Assembly: GCA_963796965.1 (NCBI GenBank)
Contig: CAWCNS010000005.1
Coordinates: 736,001-800,000, forward strand
Origin: Calditrichia bacterium
Lineage (GTDB): Bacteria; Calditrichota; Calditrichia; JAJRVZ01
Length of the DNA stretch: 64,000 bases
Direction of reading: 5' to 3'
The notes under the pieces: generated by a model
What the model was told of the DNA's origin: nothing
Databases searched by the model: none
Seen by the model: the letters and a program-made list of their open reading frames with translations, nothing else
Made by a program: the position numbers and the translations under genes
Shown: one piece after another, positions 1 to 8,735 of the stretch
How the letters are laid out: each line of letters starts with the position of its first letter
How positions within the stretch are numbered: the stretch's first letter is position 1

Positions 1-2096
1 ACAGGAAGATCTCTTGCTTTCTGAACTTTTTTTTGTAGAAGCCCGGGACCTTTCTCGTAATCCCTATAGTTTTGCCCTCCACAATTAATCTTTTTGACTA
101 CAGCTGATGTTTTCGAATCCGTAATCACAATACCGGCTATACTTGGGTTGTCTTGCTTTCTCTCAAATTTAATATGGAGTCTGCCATTAACTACTTTGAT
201 ATTTTTAACTTTTTTATCGAGAGCCGTCGAAAATCCGGCCATTGCGTAAATATCAAGATCCTTAATAGCGGGTTTGTTCTGAATCTTAACATCGAACACC
301 CTCTTCCCATCTTCATGAAAATAAAGTTCACAAAATTTTAATTGCACGGTATATAGCCCATTTGGCAGATCAAGGTAATAATCATTCATAGCATAGGCCA
401 TGGTTTTATAAATATCCTCTTCTGTCGTATTATTGATTTTTACGTCTGGAAAATCGGCATACAGCGCCTCTGCGCCCCCTTCAATTGAGGGTGGCTCTTC
501 TTTTACCCAGGGTTTGCCAAAGTTCGTATTCCAGGTTTTTTGTTCCCAGGCTGCCCTTGCAAGCGCGGCCACATTGGGTGCCAAAACGGCCGTCCGCCAG
601 TGGATACCCATCAGACCGGTACAGCCATAGGTCAACGCATCGGCAGCATCTTTGCGCATGCGCCCCACCCAGAGTTGGGGAATAATCATTGCCGGGTCAT
701 CTTCCATCCAGGGAATGGCCCATTTCGGACGACCGGAGATATCCGCGAAGCCCTCTTCCACCCAATCAAAACCTACATAGCGGTTGATGCAGCTGAGGGG
801 CACATCTTTGGGTAAAGTTTTATCAAATAAGGTCCGATCCTGGGGAGGACCAAGAACCCATCCACTTGTGGCAAAACCGAAGGGTTTACCGATTTTTTCC
901 AAGGCAGTCATAGCCAGATCCATATCCCTCATCGCAGCCTTAACTTCTTCATCTTTTGTCCCCGACCAGGTCCAGCCCTCCGGTGTCCATAACCAGTAAT
1001 AATCTATCGGGTAAGATTTTGCAATCCGTTTAAACATTCCTTCATAAAGTTTTTGCACGGTCTTCGGGTCTTTTGGATTTTTTCCTTTTTTACGCAGATA
1101 TTTTTCTAAGGCAGATGGAATCGTGAGCGGCGTCTCTGTTCCAATGACCACTTTTAAACCCATATCACGCCCATACGAAAAAACGTCATTTAAAAAATCG
1201 CCAGCACGATTAAAAACCGCATTGTTGTCCTCCAGGTTTTTAGGCACGGGACGATAACCATCGGTCACAGGCGAGCCAAAATCATCATCCGGGAAGAGCA
1301 ATCCCGCTCCGGCAGCAAATTCACTGGTAGGGGTTTTTGCATAGCCCCACGATCCACCTGTACTGCTGGCCCATCGGCTGGGATAACTGTATTTGACTGT
1401 TCCATCATCATTTACATCATCAGCTAATCCTATCCAGACCAGGGGTTCCGGGCCCACACCTCCTTCGGGATAACAGTGAAAGCCGATCCAGTTCATCCTC
1501 ATTTTTACTATTTGAGACATGTAGGTCTTATAATCATCGGCAGTCCACCAGTCCGGTCCCTCCGTAAAATCATGAAAAGGTTGAATGCCCCGGTCCGCAA
1601 AGAGCGGAGAATGGCGTTCATCTATGTCCGGGAGTGATAAACTCATCTTCTCATCGGGTATCACATCGCCATGTAGATAAAAGCGCACACCCAAATGTTC
1701 TGCAAATCGGTAGGAAGCATAGAGGGTACCAATTTCACTTCCACCATTTAGGAGAAGTACTTTCTTTCCATTTAAACTGATGGTTTTCAGAATGAATTCT
1801 TCTTCATTTAAGTCTAAATTTACCTCGGCCATCACCTCTTTAAGAAGTGTCCTGTCACTCCTGGCAACGACGATAAGATCTTTCTCATTATTTTCAAGAG
1901 TATTTGACTGCTTCAATGGTAGTAACTTCCCGGTACGTTGATAAACATAGCGGCGCACTTCTTTTGCTGCCAGGGATTCATTTTTTGAGGCATTTTGTGG
2001 ATATACGATTACCACTTCTCTCTCACCCAACTCACATGACGTATTCAAAATAAGCATCGCTATACCAAAATATAATATAATGTTTTTTTTCATCAT
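1..2096 (-). CDS. Lipoprotein with GH67/GH20-like N-terminal domain, putative catalytic domain and malectin domain; runs off the left edge (not in ORF track)
   Basis: Hand translation: AAAGGAG SD then MMKKNIILYFGIAMLILNTSC (lipobox), LAAKEVRRYVYQRTG, RGIQPFHDFTEGPDWW, and malectin-like LPNGLYTVQLKFCELYFHEDGKRVFDVKIQ at about 150-400. The segments checked stay in one frame to position 3. Confidence 0.8.
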   Translation of the reverse strand, partial: MMKKNIILYFGIAMLILNTSCELGEREVVIVYPQNASKNESLAAKEVRRYVYQRTGKLLPLKQSNTLENNEKDLIVVARSDRTLLKEVMAEVNLDLNEEEFILKTISLNGKKVLLLNGGSEIGTLYASYRFAEHLGVRFYLHGDVIPDEKMSLSLPDIDERHSPLFADRGIQPFHDFTEGPDWWTADDYKTYMSQIVKMRMNWIGFHCYPEGGVGPEPLVWIGLADDVNDDGTVKYSYPSRWASSTGGSWGYAKTPTSEFAAGAGLLFPDDDFGSPVTDGYRPVPKNLEDNNAVFNRAGDFLNDVFSYGRDMGLKVVIGTETPLTIPSALEKYLRKKGKNPKDPKTVQKLYEGMFKRIAKSYPIDYYWLWTPEGWTWSGTKDEEVKAAMRDMDLAMTALEKIGKPFGFATSGWVLGPPQDRTLFDKTLPKDVPLSCINRYVGFDWVEEGFADISGRPKWAIPWMEDDPAMIIPQLWVGRMRKDAADALTYGCTGLMGIHWRTAVLAPNVAALARAAWEQKTWNTNFGKPWVKEEPPSIEGGAEALYADFPDVKINNTTEEDIYKTMAYAMNDYYLDLPNGLYTVQLKFCELYFHEDGKRVFDVKIQNKPAIKDLDIYAMAGFSTALDKKVKNIKVVNGRLHIKFERKQDNPSIAGIVITDSKTSAVVKKINCGGQNYRDYEKGPGLLQKKVQKARDLP

Positions 2097-2141
2097 ATCT
2101 CCTTTGTCTCCTCATAGAATGGAATGATGGAGTTTATAATA

Positions 2142-3986
2142 TTATTGCCCTATATCAGCCATTTTTATTCTCCAATTATCCGCAGGAATTACCTGAATTT
2201 CACGTGGTGATGCGTTTAAAAAATCAATCTTATAGGGTCCCTGAGAGTTTAATATTAGATTATTTTTTACAATTACATTTGCGCAGGAGGTAAAGGACAA
2301 CAACGGCTGATCTGTGTTAACGAGCTCAACGCGGTTTCCCTGAAAAAGGATTCCTTTAGACCCCAGGGCCCTGAGCAGGGGCACTTCCGTTTCTTTCTGT
2401 ATAAACATGTTATTTACTATCTTTATATTTTTATATACTGGTTTTTTATAATCCAACTCATTTGCTTGAGGATTCAAGGCTATCACTGCCTGCTCGGCCA
2501 ATTCCCCACATTCATAAAAAACATTATTACCGATAGTCAGATCTTCCACATTTCCCTGCAAATTATAGGGAGGGTCCGGGGTTTTAATCAGGATAGCCGG
2601 CATGGGGGCGCGATGGAAAATATTATTTTCGATGACCGATTTTCTACTGCTGTACATCAGAATTGATCGCGTCGGAACCCGCCCCAAATAATTATTACGA
2701 ATTTCAACCAGATCGGGTATTTTTGTTCTGTTCTCCAGAATCATCCCTTCGACTTCACCTTCTATCTCCTTTTCCAATGTTATCAGGAAATGCATTTTCT
2801 CAGCCCATTCCGTTTTAACCACACGATTATAAATAACAGGTAGCAATGTCAGGGGATCATTGAGGGTAATTTCATCTCCCTCAGCAAACATATCAATATC
2901 ACATTGTTGCTCTTTGCTGCTAAATGAAGCGCGAATGGTTCGCGGTTCTTCTTTGGCTTCTATCATCATCTGATTGCCATACATATTCATATGGTCATCC
3001 TGCAAACCTACCAACCGGCAACTTTCTACCAGGATATTACCACTCGATCCGCAGAGATGAAAGCCATCCGCAAAGGAAGCACAGGTGCGTCCTGATGCGG
3101 GATCAGGTTCCATCTTAACCCGTCGAAAGGTAAGATCTTTGGAAAATTGACTCAGGAATCCCAACCCAGGGCTGAAGCGTACAGTCACATCCCGCCATTC
3201 TACCCGGATTGATTTATATATTAAAGCGCCCTGGTTCTTGCGGATCGCAAATCGGGTTTGATAAATAAGTCCTATTCGCGTTTCAGGTTTATGACTAAAA
3301 TAAAACTTTACATTTCCATTTGATGTTTCTTCACTCCTGGTAGCTGCCTTCGAGGGATCCCAGGTGCGGCGGGTGATATCTTTCTGTGGATCAAACCATT
3401 GGGCTGTACCGGCTTTATAAGTTTCGCCATCGGCATTAATCCACCAGAATCCTCCCTGTTCATCAATATGATACTTGGAATCCGGGTGAATTTGCACATC
3501 CATCCAGTTTTCACCAACATCCACAACCTGAAACTCGGAGACATTAGGTCGGATATGGTCAACAATAATATCTTTAATCAGAACATTTTCACTGTTTACA
3601 ATAGCGATGGGGGTCATCTCCCCATGAATGAGGAATGTGGAGCTGTCACCCGATAAGGTAATATTTTTCTGATCTTTGAGATGGATGGCTATGGTGAAAT
3701 CCCAGCATTGATGGATCCCGGAGACCATGTACCGGGTTGTATCCGCTGTCTGTTTATAAAAATCATAACGGCCCTTGGGGAAATGTAGGATAACAGCCCC
3801 TTCCAGGCTCCTGGCCTTTTCCAAGGCAGTTCTTACTGCAAGACAGGCATCTTTCCCTGAATTCGGAAGGATACCATAATCAGTAATATTAAGGGTATCC
3901 GTCTCTCCCTGGGAGGCAATAATTCGCATGGGAATCATAAAAAACATTACCAAGCAGAGGCCGGTAAATAAATGTGTGGAGGTCAT
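2142..3986 (-). CDS. GH110 alpha-1,3-galactosidase-like parallel beta-helix protein
   Basis: Signal peptide; FPKGRYDF; ASFADGFHLCGSSGNILVESCRLVGLQDDHMN matches the GH110 ADxxH...DD signature. Confidence 0.8.
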   Translation of the reverse strand: MTSTHLFTGLCLVMFFMIPMRIIASQGETDTLNITDYGILPNSGKDACLAVRTALEKARSLEGAVILHFPKGRYDFYKQTADTTRYMVSGIHQCWDFTIAIHLKDQKNITLSGDSSTFLIHGEMTPIAIVNSENVLIKDIIVDHIRPNVSEFQVVDVGENWMDVQIHPDSKYHIDEQGGFWWINADGETYKAGTAQWFDPQKDITRRTWDPSKAATRSEETSNGNVKFYFSHKPETRIGLIYQTRFAIRKNQGALIYKSIRVEWRDVTVRFSPGLGFLSQFSKDLTFRRVKMEPDPASGRTCASFADGFHLCGSSGNILVESCRLVGLQDDHMNMYGNQMMIEAKEEPRTIRASFSSKEQQCDIDMFAEGDEITLNDPLTLLPVIYNRVVKTEWAEKMHFLITLEKEIEGEVEGMILENRTKIPDLVEIRNNYLGRVPTRSILMYSSRKSVIENNIFHRAPMPAILIKTPDPPYNLQGNVEDLTIGNNVFYECGELAEQAVIALNPQANELDYKKPVYKNIKIVNNMFIQKETEVPLLRALGSKGILFQGNRVELVNTDQPLLSFTSCANVIVKNNLILNSQGPYKIDFLNASPREIQVIPADNWRIKMADIGQ

Positions 3987-4001
3987 CTTACGTTTCTCAA
4001 C

Positions 4002-5783
4002 TCACTCCTCCAACAATTCCTGTAGAAGCGGTTCAATCTGCTCAGCCCAGGTTTCATAGCCTGCCGGTCGCAAATGCAGACAATCATCAGCCATTAATGA
4101 TTTGTTTGATCTGCCATCAGGATGTAAGAAGGCCTTTCCGATATCAATGAAGAACACCGCTTTTTGGTCATCATTTCTTTGGATGGCGGTATTTATGTTT
4201 GCTATCTTTTGGCGGTAAGGATCATCTGGCTTCTCTCCCCGAGGCAGAATACCCATCAGAATTATTTTTGTATTGGGAAGTTTGCGCCGCAGATTAAGAA
4301 CAACCCGATCAATACCGGCACTAATTTCAGCGGGTGTGTTATCATTCAGATTATTTGTTCCGATCAGAAGAACAACCACTTTAGGTGAGATTGAATCAAA
4401 ATTTCCGTTAGCAATTCGCCATAAAAGATGCTGTGTGCGATCACCTGAGATTCCGAATCCCGCAGCATTCCTATCCTGGTAATAGTTCTGCCAGGCCTTT
4501 CCTCCTACAGATCCGACATACCTTCCTTCACCGCCGCCCCATGACTGGGTGATGGAATTGCCTAAAAAGACAAGATCAACATCCCTCGATTCACCGATTT
4601 TATTTATATCTTTATGTTGATCCATCCAGGTACCACCCCGAAGCCACCCGGCTGCCCTTGCCCGGTCTTCCTGACTCGGTACGGGTATAACCGCCGAATT
4701 TGTCTTTTCCTGAAGGTTAATCTTACAGACATAGCTAACGGTTCGTTTACCTCCAAAAACATTCCATCCCGAGGGCGCATAAAAATAGGCCGGTTCTCCA
4801 TCAATAGTTAATATTTTCGGTCTCTCAAATTTTGGATCGCCACCGTATATTATTGTAACATCCTCTTCTTTATAATCCGTATAATATGTTGGGATAAGAT
4901 CGAAGCCTATTTTTATTGTTCTAGGATTAAGCGCATAGATATCATCAACGGACCAGAGAATCCCCCCGCCTTTTATACCTGTATATTCACCAAAATTATC
5001 ATCTGCGATCATGTAAAGTTTTTCTTGCCATTTAAATGTATTCGGATCCTCAAAAAAGAAATCCGCATCGGTTACTGGTTTATTCTGAATCAGGTACGGT
5101 CCTTCCAGATGATCTGCAAGGGCTAAACCATATTTTGTTTTCCGATCGGCTGTGCGGGTCTTAAAATAAATGCCAAATTTCCCTTTCCTTTCAAAGAAGG
5201 TTGGATTGGCCACCCCATTGGTGGATCCATAGGTCCAATGTTTCGGATTGTTTGACTTTTCAATGATCATACCATCCTTACCGACTTTCTTCCAGGGTCC
5301 ATAAAGGGACTTTGAGATAACCATGCCGATCCGTTGATTTTCCGGATGGGGTGGTTGACGATAATCCGTATTAGCAATATAGACAAGAACATAATGATCC
5401 CCCACTTGTTTAATCTCCGGATTGTGCGGGCCATATTTATCCCAGCCATCCGCACCGCTTCCTTTTACAACCACACCTTCAAATTGGAACGGCCCCTCAG
5501 CATGAGTAGCCACATAATGAGCAATCTCACTGGATTTTCGCCAACCCGGTGTAACATTCATCTCCGGCCAACGGGCAACAAAAAGATGAACCTCTCCACT
5601 TCTATCCATGATGGGCGAACTCCCCCATATTGAATAATTTTCTTCGGCAACCGCCACACCCTTCCATTCCAGGTTTTTGGCAATATCAGACAAAGGCAAT
5701 TTTGCCTCAGACTGCCCAGAGCAGGTGCCCATGACCAGGATTAGCAGCCCCATCAGGCAAATAAACAAAGGTTGATTACTCAA
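4002..5783 (-). CDS. Fusion of a five-bladed propeller glycosidase (GH43/GH117-like) and an SGNH/GDSL esterase; probable lipoprotein
   Basis: N-half: WGSSPI, HNPEI, GPW, EDP, ERP. C-half SGNH blocks: FLGNSIT, GISGD, GTNN, DCLH. Confidence 0.75.
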   Translation of the reverse strand: MSNQPLFICLMGLLILVMGTCSGQSEAKLPLSDIAKNLEWKGVAVAEENYSIWGSSPIMDRSGEVHLFVARWPEMNVTPGWRKSSEIAHYVATHAEGPFQFEGVVVKGSGADGWDKYGPHNPEIKQVGDHYVLVYIANTDYRQPPHPENQRIGMVISKSLYGPWKKVGKDGMIIEKSNNPKHWTYGSTNGVANPTFFERKGKFGIYFKTRTADRKTKYGLALADHLEGPYLIQNKPVTDADFFFEDPNTFKWQEKLYMIADDNFGEYTGIKGGGILWSVDDIYALNPRTIKIGFDLIPTYYTDYKEEDVTIIYGGDPKFERPKILTIDGEPAYFYAPSGWNVFGGKRTVSYVCKINLQEKTNSAVIPVPSQEDRARAAGWLRGGTWMDQHKDINKIGESRDVDLVFLGNSITQSWGGGEGRYVGSVGGKAWQNYYQDRNAAGFGISGDRTQHLLWRIANGNFDSISPKVVVLLIGTNNLNDNTPAEISAGIDRVVLNLRRKLPNTKIILMGILPRGEKPDDPYRQKIANINTAIQRNDDQKAVFFIDIGKAFLHPDGRSNKSLMADDCLHLRPAGYETWAEQIEPLLQELLEE

Positions 5784-5930
5784 TTTCTATCTTTCTCCTA
5801 ATTTGATCTTTCGTAGTGTCAAAAATAATATAATTGTTTAATATTATAGTCTTCTTTAACGCTGAGAGCATGGACCTGATGCGCACCCTCCGGGTGGGTG
5901 TCCCGTTTTACGGGATCAAAAATCGTTTGA

Positions 5931-5993
5931 ACCACGAAGTACACGAAGAGCACGAAGAAAAAATACTAAAATAGACTTCGTGGTCTTCGTGGT
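5931..5993. repeat. Inverted-repeat element built of CACGAAG units
   Basis: ACCACGAAGTACACGAAGAGCACGAAG ... CTTCGTGGTCTTCGTGGT. A small hairpin TCCCGT-TTT-ACGGGA lies at 5901-5915. Confidence 0.7.
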
Positions 5994-6018
5994 AAATAAA
6001 AAAGTGTATGAATCATCC

Positions 6019-8424
6019 CTATTCCACTAAAAGTTCATCGACAAACAGCCAGGCTTTACGCCCAGAACCGGGATGCCATTCCGGGCAGACAGATAAATTA
6101 TTTACCTGAATTCGCAGATACTGTGTTATCACCGGATCAAAAGTGATGGGAATATCCCTAAGAGAATCCGTATCATGCCGCGTGGCTGACTCGATCATCA
6201 CCTCCCCTATGGATTTATATGATTTACCATCTTCCGATGAAAAGACCTCCACTTTTTGGGGGAGAAAAATAAAATGGTCCTGATTCTCCATGGTACCAAC
6301 AGTCACACGTGAAATGGTAGTCTGCTCGCCCATATCAATAGTTCCAATAAGATCATCACCTTCAAATCCCATCCATTTTGTATCCGCATAAGCCAGGGAC
6401 CCACGCAGGCAATCCGTTAATACCCCTTCATTAGCAGGGGGATATCTATCATTCCAGGAAAATTTGAGGGTGATAGGTAGACCTGCGGCCAGATGGACCT
6501 TTAATTCTCGCTGTGTGACCTTATTTAGCAGGGTATTATTTCTGAATGAACCCGCTTTAATTAAGGTGGTATTTGATACACGTACAGGCTGTATATATTT
6601 TGGAGAATCAGCTGTTGGCTCTCCGCTATCCAGAGTATAATGGATCGGGACCTGACCATGTTCGGTACTCAGCACCAGATCAAATTCCGAGGTACCCGCT
6701 TGGGGTAGCACCTCAACCGAAACATTATACATGCTACGCGCATAGCCTACACCTAAATAATCAAGCCTTTTAAGGTTATGTTCCAGACGGCGCACAAAAT
6801 CATCCCATTGACGTTTTTCCGCTGGTGTCCAGGTTACCTCCGCGATGGCTAAAAGTCTGGGAAAAAGCATGTAGTTGTAGTGGTCTTCATTTTGAATCGA
6901 CTCCCCCCATAAATTTCCCTGCGAACCAAGGATATGCCTGGCCTGGTCTGGGGACAATTCTGAAGGGACAGGGTCATAACCATAGGCTGCACTCAACCAA
7001 CATTGACTATATCCTAATTCGGGCTCTAATTGTGGATCACCTTGTTTAAGATCTAAATAGCAATATGCAGTAGGTGTCATAACCACATCGTGACCCTGCT
7101 TTGCTGCAAAGATACCTCCTTTTTCTCCCCGCCAGGACATCACCGTTGCATTGGGCGCCAGCCCTCCTTCCAAAATCTCATCCCAGCCGATTAATTTCTT
7201 TCCCCGCGCATTTACCAATGTCTCAACGCGTCGAATAAAATAGCTCTGTAATTCATGTTCATTCTTTAATCCCTCATCGACTATCCGTTTTTGACAATCA
7301 GGACAGACTTTCCACGCATCTTTATTACATTCATCCCCCCCAACATGAAAATATGCATCGGGAAATAATTCAAATACCTCTTCCAGCAAATTGTCGATAA
7401 ACTCAAACGTTACTTCCTTACCGGGGCAATAGGTATTTCCAGAAGCTACCCCACCCGTGGCAACATAATAGGGGCCACCATCGCAGGATATTTCCGGATA
7501 GGCGGCAATAGCAGCCTGGGAATGTCCAGGCATGTCGATTTCCGGAACGATCGTAATAAATCTCTCCTCAGCATATTTTACAATTTCCTTTATCTCTTTC
7601 TGGCTGTAATAACCGCCATAAGTGGCTTCTTCATCCTCTTTCGCTGGCTCGCGGCCCCACCAGGCTTCTTCATTCCGGTCTACCCGCCAGGCGCCAACCT
7701 CTGTTAGTTTGGGGTATTTCTTGATCTCCAGGCGCCAACCCTGATCATCGGTCAAATGCCAGTGAAAAACATTCATCTTATAACGGGCCATATAATCGAT
7801 ATTCTTCCGCACGAGATCAAGCGGCAGAAAATGCCGGCTAACATCCAGCATCTCACCTCGCCAGAGGAAACGGGGTTTATCGCTAATCTCGATACATGGA
7901 ATCTGCCAGGAGTCAGATTGGACAGTACTGTCCTCTAATTGGACGGGAAACAACTGGCGCAAGGATTGCAAGCCATAAAAAAGACCGGCAGGAGTATTTG
8001 CATTTATCTTTATAACAGCGGATTTGACCTTTAGATGATATCCTTCCTGACCTAATTCTGCTGAAGAATCGCTTAAGGAGAAAATTATCTCCCCTGCTCC
8101 CTGACTTCCGCCGACTGTTTTTAATTGGAAACTGGATGCAAAACTGATTATCTGGTTAAAATACGATGCTAACCAGAGTAATTCCGGATTGGTTTCATCG
8201 ACGACAATCTTTGTGTACCCATCAAGCAGAAAATACCCTTCTCCACTTTCTGCCATTTCAGGCTTTGGAATAATATTCATCATTTCACTCTTTTTCCCTG
8301 TTGTTTGCGTACCGCATGAAATTAATAGGCCTATAAGGAATAATAATAAAGATGTTTTAAATCCTGACATGTTTATGTTTTTAATGTTTATTCGCTTTTT
8401 ACACTTTGTATGATATCGATACAT
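6019..8424 (-). CDS. GH20 beta-N-acetylhexosaminidase with chitobiase/FN3-associated and F5/8 type C domains; lipoprotein
   Basis: MLDVSRHF, HWHLTDDQGWR, PEIDMPGH, HVGGDE catalytic motif; lipobox LLISC; HYTLD module; C-terminal KAWLFVDE. Alternative start 8370. Confidence 0.93.
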   Translation of the reverse strand: MYRYHTKCKKRINIKNINMSGFKTSLLLFLIGLLISCGTQTTGKKSEMMNIIPKPEMAESGEGYFLLDGYTKIVVDETNPELLWLASYFNQIISFASSFQLKTVGGSQGAGEIIFSLSDSSAELGQEGYHLKVKSAVIKINANTPAGLFYGLQSLRQLFPVQLEDSTVQSDSWQIPCIEISDKPRFLWRGEMLDVSRHFLPLDLVRKNIDYMARYKMNVFHWHLTDDQGWRLEIKKYPKLTEVGAWRVDRNEEAWWGREPAKEDEEATYGGYYSQKEIKEIVKYAEERFITIVPEIDMPGHSQAAIAAYPEISCDGGPYYVATGGVASGNTYCPGKEVTFEFIDNLLEEVFELFPDAYFHVGGDECNKDAWKVCPDCQKRIVDEGLKNEHELQSYFIRRVETLVNARGKKLIGWDEILEGGLAPNATVMSWRGEKGGIFAAKQGHDVVMTPTAYCYLDLKQGDPQLEPELGYSQCWLSAAYGYDPVPSELSPDQARHILGSQGNLWGESIQNEDHYNYMLFPRLLAIAEVTWTPAEKRQWDDFVRRLEHNLKRLDYLGVGYARSMYNVSVEVLPQAGTSEFDLVLSTEHGQVPIHYTLDSGEPTADSPKYIQPVRVSNTTLIKAGSFRNNTLLNKVTQRELKVHLAAGLPITLKFSWNDRYPPANEGVLTDCLRGSLAYADTKWMGFEGDDLIGTIDMGEQTTISRVTVGTMENQDHFIFLPQKVEVFSSEDGKSYKSIGEVMIESATRHDTDSLRDIPITFDPVITQYLRIQVNNLSVCPEWHPGSGRKAWLFVDELLVE

Positions 8425-8448
8425 ACCACTCCTTATTGGAACTAAAAT

Positions 8449-8494
8449 GTCATTCTGTCCAAAGGACTCCGTGGGAGAACTTGTTTCAGAATCT
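8449..8494. repeat. GTCATTCTGAACTTGTTTCAGAATCT palindromic repeat interrupted by a 20-bp insert
   Basis: GTCATTCT + GTCCAAAGGACTCCGTGGGA (8457-8476) + GAACTTGTTTCAGAATCT. An uninterrupted copy is at 23772-23797. Confidence 0.7.
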
Positions 8495-8503
8495 AAGAGA
8501 GGA

Positions 8504-8592
8504 TATTCAACCCCTTCAGGGTTGTTTCCATTATTGCGTTATCATTTCCCAGGGCGCTGCCCTGGGCTGATCTCTTTTTCCCTTTCAGGGAA
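8504..8592. repeat. REP-like three-hairpin element (CAACCC..CAGGGTT / CCCAGGGC..GCCCTGGG / CCCTT.CAGGG), copy 1
   Basis: Similar copy in the same orientation at 11540-11628. Confidence 0.75.
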
Positions 8593-8693
8593 TTGGTAAA
8601 TGGAGAGAATTATCACTCTTCAAAAAATACCCTCAACCCTCTACTCTCTACTGTTTTTCACTCCTCTCTTTTCCATCGGTTTTGTGCCTGATG

Positions 8694-8723
8694 ATCAATC
8701 GACGCACGACTGTGCGTCGCTAC
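8694..8723 (-). repeat. GTAG-type REP (GTAGCGACGCAC..GTGCGT), copy 1
   Basis: GATCAATCGACGCACGACTGTGCGTCGCTAC; second copy at 11810-11840. Confidence 0.7.
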
Positions 8724-8735
8724 TCCCTCTACGCT

